Below, in pieces: positions 12,711 to 25,863 of a DNA stretch of 64,000 nucleotides (the first letter of the stretch is position 1; each line of letters opens with the position of its first letter). The position numbers and the translations under genes are program-made. Location: NCBI RefSeq assembly GCF_001447785.1, contig NW_015173122.1, positions 755,541 through 819,540 on the forward strand. The letters are read 5' to 3'. Origin of the DNA: Gekko japonicus (lineage: Eukaryota). Under the pieces are notes generated by a model. The model was not told where the DNA came from. It saw only the letters and a program-made list of their open reading frames with translations, and ran no database searches.

Positions 12711-13082
12711 CAACACACTTACTTCGCTAAGGGGTGAGGCTTGAGTGAGGCTGCAAAGAGATAAAAATCTGGTCCTCATTTCCATAATTGCTGCTGCTGG
12801 ATAAGTTAAAGCCAAATGGCAGGATCAAGTGCCAACACATTAAGTTTCAAGGAAGCTACAGCTCATAACGTATGCACAGCAGCGTTGCCATCCCCTGATT
12901 TGCTTAGCAGTCGAGCATACGCTTCGCCCGCAGAAGGCCCCCAGTCTGATCTTCAGCAATGCTGTTTAAGGATCTCAGAAGCAAGGCCAGGGAAGCCTCT
13001 CTGTCCAAGACTGGGGGCAGCTGCAACCTCGGTCAGCTCACGAGAAGGCAGCCTCTGAGGTTTCAACCCACATTGCCCCACA

Positions 13083-13360
13083 GAGCCAGTTTGGTGTAGT
13101 GGTTAAGTGCGTGGACTCTAATCTGGGAGATCCGGATTTGATTCCCCACTCCTCCACTTGCACCTGCTGGATGATCTTGGGCAAGCCATAGTTCTGACAA
13201 GAGCTGTCCTTGAAACAAGAGCAGTTTCTGTCAGAGCTCTCTCAGCCCCCCCCCCACCTCACAGGGTGTCTGTTGTGGGGGCAGGGGAAGGGAAAGGAGT
13301 TTGTAAGCCGCTCTGAGACTCTGAGTGAAGGGCGGGGTATAAATCCAATCTCTTCTTCTC
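13083..13360 (+). mobile_element. Second tRNA-derived SINE family (other copies 18290-18568 minus, 25551-25820, 26790-27027 minus, 39605-40096 minus, 42620-42883 minus, 52319-52592, 62177-62450)
   Basis: Head tggtgtagtggttaagtgcgcggactctaatctgggaga..gtttgattcccc; tail gggtataaatccaatctc(ttc)n. Confidence 0.8.
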
Positions 13361-16313
13361 TGAGCACAGGGGGCAGAACTCAGCATCCCTCCGACGGGGC
13401 CCACAAGCCCCAGCCAGTCGCGCTGCAGCTACTGCTTCCTCTCTCAGCAAAGCAAGAAGCAGGGGATGGTTTTTTCCCCAGCCAAGAGGCACCGGCGTTG
13501 ACAGGACTGACAAGGCGGCTTCTTCCTCGCCTCTCCCCCCCCCCTCTTCAGCTGCTTACGCCACCCTGGAAGGAAAGCCCGTCAGCAACCCTGAGCTCAG
13601 AGTCACGGGCGCAGATAAGGAGAGCTGAGTCAGCGTGTCAGGAGACAGAAGATGCTGAATCAACAGGTTGCTGCCATGGCCAGGAACAACAGCTCGATGA
13701 AGACTGGCGCAAAGGGGCATCCACTGGATGCCATGCTGGGGGGGGGGGGGGGGGGAGGGGGGCTACCAGCTCAGGGATCTCCTGCATGGAGAGGGGCCAC
13801 CCCTTTTGGGACAGGAGCCTCTTCCCCACCGAGGGGCTCGGAGGCACCCGAGCGGGGCACAGAGGGAGAAAAACAAGCCGGCGCCCACTTAAAGGGCTCC
13901 TTTATGAGCGGGGAGGGGGCAAGGTCCACCTCTATCTTGCCTCCTCGGTCTCTAGGTGTCAAAAGGAGACTAGATTTTTGCTGATCTGGGGACAGAGGGG
14001 AGAGCCGGATGAACCTCTGGCAGCAACAGGTAACAAAGGAATTCCCCTCTTGGGCAACGGGGCCAGGCCTGGGAGAAGCTGCCCTCCCCCACAAGGGAGT
14101 AGCCCCCCACAGCCTCCTCCTCCCCAGGCCTTTTTGCGCCGACCTGGGCTGCCCTGTGATGCCTCAGGCCTGGGGTAGGAGCCTTTTGTTTCTCTTCTGC
14201 TGACAAAAAGAGCCCGGAGCAGAAGTAGCAGCAAGGGAAACCACAAACCACCATCAGGCCACTGCCGCCAGGTCTCACGGTGAAGGAGGAGCGGGGAATC
14301 AAACCCGGCTCCCCAGATTAGAGTCCACCACTCTTAACCACCACACCAAGCTGGCTCCTGGAGGAGAAGCTGTTCCACAGAACCTATCTTTAACCAATGG
14401 AACTCCTTGCCACAAGATGTGACAGTCACTGGCAGTGTTCCCTCAAAGCTGAGTTAGTGTGAGCTAGCTCACAGCTTCCTAGCCTCTGGCTCACACATTT
14501 TTGTCTCCGCTCAGGAAGGATGCCTCCAGGGCAAACTGATTTATGCAGTAGCCAAGTCGCTCACTCACAACGTTTATGCCAGTAGCCCACAAAGTAGAAT
14601 TTTGGCTCACAAAACTCCACAGTTTAGACGGAACATGGGAAGTGAGTTAGACACATCCCTAATGGAAAGGTGACTACAAGACCCAAATGAAACCTCCACG
14701 TTCAGCTGCAGTATTGCTGGTGCTGAAGAGCAGGGCAGGGTCCATGATACGACTGGAATGCCCCTGAAGGTTCTGGCTGAGTCCGTTGAGCTACAGTGGT
14801 CTGATTCAGTCTAGGCATTCCTTCAATGCGTCAACAGCTAAATGGGACCTCCCTGGGCAGAAGGAACTCTTCCCCCCTCCCTGCCCCAAGGGCACCACAT
14901 GGTGTACCAGAGAGACCTCTGTCTCATCCACTTGGCATCTGCTCTCCCGCGTAGGTCAGGCCGCTTTTTGCTAAATCCAGGTCAAGACCGAAAGTTTCCT
15001 CTTGGTTTGAGCAGAGAATCCCCACAGATCCAGTGAAAAATTTACTTGGTGTCCAAAGTTCAGGCTTGATAATGCCAGAGGAAGTGACCAAGAACCAGGG
15101 CAAGGAAGGGCGGGAGAGGCGGTCTTGCCTGGTCAGCTATCCTGCCAGCATCAAAGTGATCACTTCATTCTCAACGGCTACAGCTTATCAGGAGAGAATC
15201 TAGGGGTTATCAGACCGAGTTATCACAGCCTCTCCACCCCCCCCCAGGAGTCACAAGTTACGCACTCCCTACAAAACCCACCCTATTATCTCAGAACAAA
15301 GCCCCTCTCCAGGACAAAAAAGAAGCCCCTGATCTCAAGAGGCATTATTGTCACAAGAGAGCTACGTTTGTTCTGGATAAGAGCTGCAGAGGATCCTGCT
15401 GGATTTCACATCCTCCACCCATTCCAGCTTGAGAAAGCCCACATTGCAAGCCCACCTCCTTTTCAGAAACTGAACCCATTAACACTTTTTGCATCTCTTT
15501 GGGTTTCCCAGCACTGAGATCTCCCCCAATTAATTTACACAATTTTCGTGCATCAAATGCCTACAGGCATGGTGCAAAAGAAGCATGTGAGCCAGAGAAG
15601 ACAAGCAACAAACAGAGGCAAGAAGGTCACAAGGGCCAGCTACAAAGACAAGAAGAGACCAAAAGTGCAGATTTGTACATGCCGTCCTGAGAAGCATCAG
15701 TCAGGCCGCTCTTCAAAACAAGCTGCTCCTGGATTTGCATTAGAAAACCACACGGAGGAGGCTGTTCTGGCCTCCAGAGGGCCATTAGCTGCCTAGTGGC
15801 CAACATTAATGACCCGGATGACACCAGTCATTTCTGTCTCTGAACAAGCAAGTCTTCCTTCTAAGAAGCCTATTTATACAGCCCTTTGGGGGAGACTCTT
15901 CTCCATGAAGACAGGTGGGGATCCATGTTGGTCTGAAGCCGCAGAACAAAGCTTGAGTCCAGTGGCACCGCTAAGACCAACAAAGGTTAAGAGTAAGACC
16001 AGAAAAAGTTTAGTTCTGAATATAGGCTTTCATGTGCATACACACTTCTTCAGAAAAAGTGTGTAAGCACACGAAAGCTTATGCCCAGAATTAAACTCCA
16101 TTGGTCTTAAAGGTGCCTCTGGAGTCAAACACTGTCCCGCCCTTCTCCACGTCACCCTCTGAACAACCCTGTATGGTCGATTAGGCCAAAAGAGTTTGAC
16201 CAGCCCAAGGTGACCCAGAGAGCTTGATGGAAATTTGAACCCAGATCTCCAAAGCCGTTGCAGGGCTGCAATTTTTGATGAATCAGACCCCCCCCCACAC
16301 ACACACTCCTACT

Positions 16314-16726
16314 CAGGGGTCATTTCGTAGAAAAAGAGGTGCAGGAGCTCATTAGCATAACTCATTGGCATAACTTCTTTGCATATGCCACACCCCATGA
16401 CATCACCGGAAGTGTGTCAGAAGGCAACACCCACCACTCAGGCTCCACTGGGCTGTTCTGGATTGCTAGCTATTGGGAGGGGGGGAGCGTGCAGGTCTGT
16501 CCTTGCAGAGGAGGGAGAGCTTGTGCCTGAATAAAACTTGGTCTTAAAGGTGCCACTGGACTATTTTGGACCGGGGGGGGGGGGGGTCTGCAACTTACCT
16601 GGCTGCTTCTTGCTCTGACTGAGGGCTGCTGGGAGCAGGGGGTGGGGCTTGTTGCATGTGCCTGCCCCCTGGGCTCTTTACTGCCGGAGCTCTGCTCCTG
16701 TGCACTCCTGCAGGAAATGACCCCTG
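16314..16726. mobile_element. About 410-bp hAT-type MITE, TIR CAGGGGTCATTT
   Basis: Perfect 8-bp TSD ctcctact. Confidence 0.92.
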
Positions 16727-17084
16727 CTCCTACTCCTAGAAAGGTAAGAAGCCTGCCACCCTCTCCCTGGGGGCTGATGGTTGTCCCGTCACCATCCCCA
16801 TGATGTCTAATCATCACTGGCACTTTGCACAGAGGCAGAGGGGAGACAAGAAGAGGGAAACCGCAACTCCCCCAAAGTTCCGGAGCCAGATTACAGCCCG
16901 AGTCTTTCAAATAAATAGATAATAAGCAATTTAGGTAGTCTGTAAATCTGTTGTAACTCAAGGAGGCCTCCAGGCCACACCTGGAGGTTGGCAACCCTAC
17001 CTAAGATGCAGTCAGCCATTGTGCTGCTTTTTTGCCATCTCTCAGTTTGCATAGTCACTTTGGGTGAGGGGAACGGGGGGAAAC

Positions 17085-17480
17085 ATAAGAACATAAGAGA
17101 CAGCAATGTTGGATCAGGCCAGTGGCCCATCTAGTCCAACACTGTCACACAGTGGCCAAAAATACCAGGAGCCATCAGGAGGTCCAGCAGTGGGGCCAGG
17201 ACACTAGAAGCCCTCCCACGGTTGCCCCCCCCCAAGCACCAAGAAGACAGAGCATCACTTGCCCCAGCCTGAGAGTTCCTATCTATCCCATGTGGCTAAT
17301 AGCCACTGATGGACCTCTGCTCCATATGCTTATCCAATTCCCTCTCGAAGCCGTCCATGCTTGTAGCCCCCACCACCTCCTGTGGCAGTGAATTCCATGT
17401 GTTAATCACTCTTTGGGCGAAGAAGGGCTTCCTTTTATCCGTTCTAACCTGACTGCTCAGCAATTCCATTGAGTGCCCAC
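17085..17480 (-). mobile_element. CR1 LINE 3' fragment
   Basis: RTDKRKPFFAQRVINTWNSLPQEVV; (TCTTATGT)n tail. Confidence 0.9.
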
Positions 17481-17547
17481 GGGACAAAAGGGCCCCAAAT
17501 CCAGCCCAGTGGCCCTTTGGCAGGGAGCCAGCACAGGTTTGCCTTAC

Positions 17548-17707
17548 CTGGTGGGTGACACAGGTAGGAGTAGAAGCCTTCTGACTGGAGCATGAGGAGG
17601 AGCGAGGCCCAGCCCAGGAGAACGGCAGAGAAGAAGAGGTTCTCCACCACGGCTGTGCAGGCCATCCACCAGCGGCGCCGGTGGGCAGTGGCGAGCGTGG
17701 GGGCCAT
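17548..17707 (-). CDS. SLC43A2: SLC43A2 first coding exon (160 nt CDS; exon starts at 17743 with 5' UTR)
   Basis: [53 protein letters not shown] is the LAT4 N-terminus. Donor CAG|gtaagg at 17548/17547; acceptor ctag|GTG at 17744/17743. Confidence 0.96.
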
Positions 17708-20299
17708 GATGACGGATTGGTTGTACGGGGAGGCCTTTTTCACCTAGACTCCTTCAGACAGAAGAGAACAAAAAGATATCTCTGAAGCAGCTTCTTCTCC
17801 ACAGGGGAGCCCAGCCACACCCACCCCACACAATGCAAGGGTTTAACTGCAATAGGAATGCCAAGAGTGGCGAGAGTTGTATCTCTCTCACCACCTCTGA
17901 TGTGCATGCACACAAACACACACAGAGTCCAGATTTTGAATGCCAAATCGGACCCACCTATCATGAACAGTATGTCTACGCATGCACGGAATGCGGTTGT
18001 ATACATTACAACGCCATGACACTGGAAGCCACCACATTGAAAAGCAAACAGAAAAAGTCACACAACTTGAATTCAGGGCATCTTGTCGTGCCGGCTCCCT
18101 TGTTATACATTGTCCCGCCCAGAACAATACCGAGAGGCAACGTGAGGACAGCGAGAAGTGATGTCTGGGCACACCACAAGTACAATATCAGAACATGAAC
18201 ACAGCTGGAAGAGGAAGGGCTGCCCCTTTATCCCCACCCCTCATTCCCTTCTGAGCCTGGTGAGGGAAAGTACCATCAATTCAAGACAAGAAGAAGAGAT
18301 TGGATTTATACCCCACCCTTCACTACCCAAAGAAGTCTCAGAGCGGCTTACAAACTCCTTTCCCTTCCCCTCCCCACAGCAGACACCCTGTGAGGTGGGT
18401 GGGGCTGAGAGAGCTCTGACAGAAACTGCTCTTTTTCAAGAACAGCTCTTATCAGAACTATGGCTTGCCCAAAGTCATCCAGCATGTGCAAGTGGAGGAG
18501 TGGGGAATCAAACCCGGTTCTCCCAGATCAGAGTCCGCGCACTTAACCACTACACCAATCTGGCTCTCAGCCCTGTATGGTTTTCAAGGCAAGAGACAAA
18601 TGGAGGTTTCCCACTGCCTGCCTCTGTATAGTGACCCCAGAGTTCCCTGGGGGTCTGGTCTCCCATCCAGGTACTTAATGGAGCCAATCCCACTCAGCTT
18701 CCGTCCCCACAAAACCAAGCCACAGGGCCTGCAAGAGACACCTACTGCAGGGCAATGGAAACCTCGGATTTCAAGCCAACTTCACTTCGTCCTCCTGTCC
18801 CAAACCCTTGGGCAAAGGAAAAACAGAAGCTGCAGTCTGCACTCAGCTCTGGGGTGAAACATGCCAGCACAGCCAGGTCCGACCCCCAAGAAACAAAGTC
18901 CCAAACACAGTCTGTAGCAAGCAATGCACCAGTCTCATCTTTCCTGGCCACAACAACCCATGCAGCTCATGTTTACCCAGCTCATCTCTGAGAACCTTTG
19001 CCAGATTAAGGGGAACATTTTAGACCTAGTAAACAAGACACCAAAAGAGTCAACAGGGGCCACCCAGCCAGCAAAGAACTCAAACAGGAGGCTGCTGAAC
19101 TTTCCACGAAAATCTGATACACTAAACTATGTTGCCTTCCCAGAAGACTGGGCAATAACAACTGTAACAGCCTTTTCTTTTTTTTTAAAGTAAGCTGGGG
19201 ATAGACAGAGCTGTCCACAGTCCCAAGGGAATGGCAGAAAACATAATGAAAGCTCACCTGGAAAAACACATAGAGGGACAAGCCCTGCAAAGGAAAAGGT
19301 AGCTTGGCTTCAGCCGAGGAAATCCTGCCTGAGATCCTCTGGATTTGTCTGCAGGTCATCACAGCCAATCCAGTATAGATAATATAAACCCAGGTTTCCA
19401 AAAGAGAGCTTATGCTAAAGTCCCTCCAAAAAAAGACTCTTAAGGAAACACAGAAGAAGGTGGCTTGTTGATGGGTTAAGAAACAGGAAGCAGAGAAAAA
19501 TATTTTCCCTAAGGAAGGGAACTGGGTTCCAGTGAGGGCCCACAACGACCACACTCACACAAGAAACCACCATCATTCGGGATCATGACAGAGATGTGTA
19601 CTGATCTGGTGGTGACTCCCCAGAAAGAAACTCCAGGCTTTTGGTAGTCAGCACAAAAGAAACAAGGAGGGGTGGTGAGAGGACAGAATTCCATGCAAGA
19701 GGTTCTAAGGAAAGGGAATTAAAAGAGAGCAGTGGTATGGGCCACTTGTGCACTCACCTCAAAAAACAGGAAAAGATGCAAAAGTTGGCAGGCCCTCCCT
19801 ACAGAGAAAGATTACAAAATCTGGGGCTCTTCAGTTTAAGGGTGGGGAAGTATGAAAAGGAGTAGCATGACAGACATTTACAACACTGTGACTATCATAT
19901 AGAGGAAGTGGGCAGCTTGTTTTGCTTCCTTGCACTAGAACTTGGGCTGTCATTCAGGACCAAAAAAAGCAAGTTATTTCTTCATGCAGCGCTTAATTAA
20001 CTTGCAGAATTGACTTCCCGAGATGTAGTCATGGCCACTGGCGTGGGCAAAACAGATTAGCAGAGAGGACTGATCTAACATTAAGGGTGAGCCAGGACCG
20101 CTTAAACAGAGCCTCCCCATTCAGAGGCAGTATACCTCAGTTGCCAGGGAAAGGCCTCCCGATTTTGCCGGCCAGCTTGCTGAAAGAATTGCGGGGAGGG
20201 GGGCAACAAGACAGACCACCTTGGCCTGATCCTGCGAGGTTAAGGCAAGAAGAAAGCAGCCGCTACTCCCTCTCCCTGTAGCCCCACTGCTCCGCCGGA

Positions 20300-21160
20300 A
20301 TGCCCCCACTGTGGACCGGCAGAGTCCGAAGCGACCCCCAAATCGTTCCCCCTCCCCAGGTTTGTCTTCCTAGAAGTCCCGATCTCCGGCTGCCTCCGCC
20401 TGGGAGCAAGCCTGCGCTACGGCCCTCGAATGCAGAAAGGCGGGAAGCGGAGCGAGCGCAGCAAAAGCCCCCACCCCGTCCCGGGAAGGCCCGATCGGAC
20501 GCCCCCGGGCAACAGCCCCGGCTTGCCAGCCGTGCTCGGGGAAGCCTTGCTGGAAGGGAACGAAGGGACGGTGCTTGAGGCCGGCGCGCCCCCACCCTCC
20601 AGCCCGCTGCAGGCGCGTCCCCACAGCCGCAGAGCGCGAAGGACAGCCGCGCACCGGCTTCACCTGGCTCCACTCGGCTCTCCCGGCCCCAGCAGTACCG
20701 CCACCGCCAGCCCGAGCTTCTCCCGGCGGCCGGCCGCGGCGCCTCCTTTATTCGGCTGGAGGGAGCCAAGAGGCGGGGCCGCTGATTGGTCCCCGGTCTG
20801 TTTCCAGCCCCGCCGCGGCCAATCAGAGCGCGCCCAGCATCTGCCGGCCTGGGCAAGGGATGGAGGTGCTGCCCGAGCTCGCGGGGCGGCCCGGGCCCGG
20901 AAGCGGCTCTCCAGGCATTGACCCGGGGGAGCGGCTTCTGAGCATGCACAAAGCGCCCCTGCCCGCTAGGCGGGGATGGCTGGCTTGGAGGCCTGCAGAA
21001 AAACGGCTCCCCTTCAGCGCGCGAAAGGGGGAAAGGGCCTTCCCGGAAGGCTGCGGGGCGTCCGCTTGCAAAGCCCGCCTTTGTTTTGCCCAAAGGGGGA
21101 CCAACGTGGTCACCTCCAGTCCAATGGCACCTCCAGTGAGACCAATCGGCGGCGCCCAGA
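20300..21160 (-). promoter_or_regulatory. CpG island / SLC43A2 promoter
   Basis: High GC and CpG density. GC boxes at 20772-20777 and 20808-20814; CCAAT boxes at 20785-20789, 20819-20823, 21121 and 21142; TATA-like element at 20747-20752. Confidence 0.8.
20664..20720 (-). other. SLC43A2: Probable non-coding first exon of SLC43A2 (5' end approximate)
   Basis: Lies inside the CpG island. Donor CCAG|gtgaag at 20664/20663; TATA-like AATAAA on the minus strand at 20747-20752. Confidence 0.6.
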
Positions 21161-24100
21161 TTGCGGTAAACACTCCAAATGCCCACAAGGTTCTTTGGGG
21201 GGGGGGGGGGGGGATTGAGGTGCTGCCAGGTGCTCCCCTCCCCCCGCACCTTTCCTGGGTGCCAAGTTTGCCAACTGCATTATCTTCCCAAGTTTTTGAT
21301 CTGCCCCTTTTGCTAGGGGGTGTTTTACCAATGCGTGTGCTGCGGCTCATCTCACAGCCCTGGCCCACAATCGGGGCCCCTTTCGCCCGACACGGCAGAG
21401 TGCAGGATCTGGCTGCAGTCCAACTGCCCTGCTCTCGAAGGGTTAAACACTTTCCCAGATGAAATCTCAGAGGGGCACCCGTGTTGCACTGTGGCAACCT
21501 AAACAACAGAGGCTTCTGGTATCTTGAGAGACTAATTTATTGGGGCTGGTGCTTTTGTAGGACCCAGCTACGTGATGAAAGCCCTAACCTAAATGAGCTA
21601 GGCTGGCCTGATGTCATCCGATTTCAAAAGCTAAGCAGGGTTGGTCCTGGTGAGTTCTCGGATGGGGGACAAAAGTCCAGGTCCTGATGCAGAGGCACGC
21701 CATCGCAAACCACCTCTGTTAGTCTCTTGCCTTGAAGACCCTGCAGGGTTGCCGTAGAAGACAGCTGCAGCTTGACGGCACTTCCCTCCACCACCTGATG
21801 AAAACCTTTGTGTACCTGAAAAGCCTGCTTGCAGACCCCCAAGAGGGTTGCCAACTCCAGGCTGGGAAATTCCTGGAGGTTTTGGGGTGCAGCATAGGAA
21901 GAGTAATGGGAGGGTATACTGCATACAGTCCAGCTGCCAAAGCATCAGTTGCAGTTCCAAGATCTCCAGTCCTCAGCTGGAGGCTGGCAGCTCTAGCCCC
22001 AATGGATCCTCCTCATTTACTTGCTTTCTCGGGCTTCAGTAAGCGGGGAGGACTTCTCCAAGGCTCTTGCTGTGCCAGGTTGCTGCCCAGGCCAGCAAGA
22101 TGCAGGAGGGCAGAGGCTCAGAAGCCAGCTGAGGAGTTGGCCGCCTTTGGGTGAACGGAGGGACACAGAAGCCACTCCCTTGGAAACAACAGGGCGAGAC
22201 CAGTTTAGTCAAGCTGTAGCTGGTGCCAGTCAGCGGGCGCCCCAACACTTGGGCACCAGTGCCACCTACAGGACAAAGGCTTCCAGCAAGCAGACACAGA
22301 CACATGAACACACGAAGCTGCCTTAGACTGAACCAGACCTTTGGTCCATCCTTCTACTGAATCAGACCATTGGTCCAACACGCTCAGACTGGCAGCAGCA
22401 CTCAGGGTCTCAGACTGGCAGCAGCACTCCAGGGTCTCAGGCTGAGGTCTTTCCCGTTATCTGCTGCCTGGTCCTTTTAACTGGAGATGCCCAGGGATTG
22501 AACCTGGGACCTTTAGCGTGCCAAGCAGATGCTCTGCTGCTGAGCCACAGCCCCTCTTTAACCAGTACCCAGGCTCCTCCGGAAAGGCAGAGCTGCCTGG
22601 TGGCTGGAAAAGGACAGGTGTTCATGGATACTCCTGGGCTGAACCACCCTGTGGCGGTGGTTGAAGGCCTCCATCCCTGGCCTGGTGCTTCGATTGAAAA
22701 CTGAAGGAGGCCCGGCCTGCTCACCAGGCCCATGGCCTTGGACTCTTTTCCCCTATAGGTACACAGACTGGCTGAGGCCTTGAAGTGATGTGGAAAATGC
22801 ACTCAGTCTGTATATACTTGGCTGGAGGCAGGCCGGTAGCCAGGAAATTTTCGGTGGGGGTCACGACACTTCCTACATCACATGCCCAAGTCACTGGCGG
22901 TGCAGGCCAGTTTGGGGCCAGCACTTAGAGACTGGTCTCTTGGGGCCAGCACTCTTTAAGTGCCTGCTCCAAGCCCCACGGCCCTGCACAGCCATGTTTC
23001 TTTAAATACTGGGGTGTGCCACCACTGTGGGCTGGCACAGGAAGAGCTGGCAAGGTTGTGGCAGGTGGGGGTGGGTGGGTCTGGCATCCTCCCAGGGTGG
23101 GGCGGGGCTCATCCGTGGGGGGAATTGCCCCCAAAATGCCCCACCATACACTACTGGTGTCCCCATAACCCAAAGTGGGACAGCTGCCAAGGCCCAGACC
23201 TTCTAGCAAGGCATACTGCCACTGTCCCCCTTGCCCATGTGGCCACCATGCCCACTGGCTGAGCATGCTACCCAGCACCACAGGGAAAAGGCCTGCAGGT
23301 GTTGCATGTGGCTGGGAGCACAGGTAGCAGGAGAGAAGAACGCACAGCAGGACAGTGGTGGAGTCTTGTGAGCAAAAATCCTAACTTTGTGAGCTCCTGG
23401 CATTAAAGGTGGGAGCGAGCAATTTGGCTGCTGCATAAATCAGTTTGCTCTGGAGCCATCCTTCCTGAGCGAAGACAGAAAGGTGTGCACCAGAGGCTAA
23501 AAAACTGTGAGCCAGTGCTCACTAACTCAGCTTAGAGGGAACACTGGTGGAGAGCCAGAGAGGCAAATGAGCAGGTGCATGGGAAGAGGTGCAGTTGGGG
23601 TAGCAGTAAGCACAGGGTCACATTCTCACTTCCTGGGTCCCAGAGCAGAGTGCCTTCTTTGCTACAGCACCTGACACCTCCCCTGCCCAGTAATAATTAT
23701 GATCATATGGCATTGTGTGTTTTATAGCCAGGAGAATCCTAAGATTGTCTGGCCGCCAGAGGTTCTACCTCTTTTAGTGTTATGTACCACTAGGTGATGA
23801 GCTAGACTTGTTTTTAAGGCAAGAGACGTTTCAGAGGTGGCTTGCCGTTGCCTGCCTCCGCATCACAGCCCTGGTATTCCTTGGAGGTCGACCTTCCAAA
23901 TACTAGCCAAACCTGACCCTGCTTAGCTTCCAAGATCTGACGGGATCGGGCTATCCTGGGTCATCCCCTGCACAAATGGCTCAGATCACCTCTGACTGGA
24001 CCTTTACAGCGAGCAAAACTATTTCGGATGCGTTGGTTCCCTCAGGGGTCCTCTGTGTAGCTCCCAGAGGGGTGTTACAGCGCAACAAAGCATACAGGCT

Positions 24101-24165
24101 GATTTACCTCAGTGAACACAAGACGCTCTGAGTGGCAGGACAGATAAAAGGCATTCCCTGTTTCG

Positions 24166-24171
24166 TTTATT
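24166..24171 (-). terminator. Candidate SCARF1 polyadenylation signal (AATAAA)
   Basis: tttatt on the plus strand in non-repeat sequence about 1.7 kb past the stop codon. Motif only, no transcript evidence. Confidence 0.3.
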
Positions 24172-24653
24172 TGAACTTGGAAGAGAGTACAGTGAACTTC
24201 GGCAAGGCCATTTTGAGAAGAGGCCGCAGATGGGAGAGCCCCTGGCTGGGAGTTGTTGCGAGAGAAGAACAGGTGTTACTTAAGGAACTAAAAATGTCGC
24301 CCCAAAGGTCTTGTTGCCACTGGAAGGGGGTAAGAGTCTCCAGCTGCTAGACACCATTGTTGCCGGGAAAGCCACTGAAGAGGATAAGAATGGGAGATGC
24401 AGGGGGGGGGCCTCTTATCTAGCACGTCTCCCCAAGAGCAGAGGGCACCAGCACAATATTAATTCTGGAGCATGGAGCTTGGACTCCCCTACCCCAAAAC
24501 GTGAAGAAGAAATGCCCCTGAATCCCCAAAGGGATGCTGGATTCTAGCACATCAACTGAGAAGGCAACGGTTCTTTAACTTGTTCAGCTTGTGTGAGGTC
24601 TAAAAAGACCAAGGTGGGATGACTAGCACTGTTTGCGCACCTGTCCCTGCTGC

Positions 24654-24987
24654 TGGTTAAGACGCTGAACTGCAGGCTGTGGATGGTCAGTAGTTCAGCA
24701 GTTCGAGACCTGAGTGTGCCACATGATGGAGTGAGCTGCCATCTCTAGTTCCAGCTCCTGCCAACCTAGCAGTTCGAAAGCAAGAAAATGCAAGTAGATA
24801 AATAGGTACCACTTCGATGGGAAGGTAACAGCGTTCCGTGCACCTTGGTGTTTAGTCATGCCGGCCACATGACCACGGAAACGTCTTTGGACAGCGCTGG
24901 CTCTTCAGCTTTGAAACGGAGATGAGCACCGCAACCCTAGAGTTGGATTCGACTGGCTTTTGAGCAAGGGAACCTTTACCTTTTACC
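24654..24987 (+). mobile_element. Sauria-type SINE (5' truncated)
   Basis: Same family as 1163-1514; ACCTTT tail. Confidence 0.85.
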
Positions 24988-25863
24988 CTGTTGCTGCAGC
25001 AACCCAGCCAGCTGATAGGGTGAGGAGGGAGTAGGGATGCCAGCCTCCAGGTGGGACCTGGGGATCCCCCGGAATTGCAGCTGACCTCCAGACTACAGAA
25101 ATCAGTTCCCCTGGAGGAAATGGGTATTGTCTCCTAGGTCCCTGGCCTCCCCAGGCTCTGTCCCCAAATCTCCAGGACTTTCACAACCTGGATCTGGCAA
25201 CCCCACCCCCTATCCCCTGCCAGTGGCCAGGCAGGATCTAAGGACTTAGGGTGGGGTAGGGAAGCAATGCGCTGAGGGCAACCTCTTTCTTCGGCCTCTT
25301 CTGCTGCAGTCCGGTCTCTGGCCTCAAGCACACGAAGGGGTCTGCATCGGAGTTGCCACGGCTGGCCTAAGCCTTCGGCAGCAGGGCTCTGTTTTGCCCA
25401 CTCCGCTGCTCCTGAAGGACTGCCTCTTGTCGGGAGTAAAAGGTGAAGGTGCCAGAGGATGAGAGAGATGGCCGGGTTCCTCCAGGACAGTCTAGCTATC
25501 AGAACATCCAGCTTCCAGGACAGGCTGTTCCCCAGGCCATCTCTGCTTCTCCGTTTGGTGTAGTGGTTAAGTGCGCGGACTCTAATCTGGGAGAACCGGG
25601 TTTGATTCCCCACTCCTCTACTTGCACCTGCTGGATGACCTTGGGCAAGCCATAGTCCTGTCAGAGCTGTTCTCTCAAGGACAGTTCTCTCAGAGCTCTC
25701 TCAGCCCCACCTACCTTACAGGGTGTCTGTTGTGGGGAGGAGAAGGGAAAGGAGTTTGTAAGCCGCTCTGAGACTCCTTTGGGTAGTGAAGGGTGGGGTA
25801 TAAATCCAATCTCTTCTCTTTGTCATCTTCTTCCGTGGCTGTCCTAAAGTCGGGATGAAGGGT

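Noticed and set aside
13210-14178. 322-aa ORF, or an alternative SLC43A2 first exon near 13560-13870
   Set aside because: The ORF starts inside a SINE and crosses poly-G/C runs. The candidate donor at 13559 gives no in-frame ATG join to the exon at 2411. The AP-1 and GATA motifs alone are too weak.
20263-21506. Long overlapping ORFs (328, 295 and 227 aa)
   Set aside because: Stop-poor CpG island; no recognisable domain.
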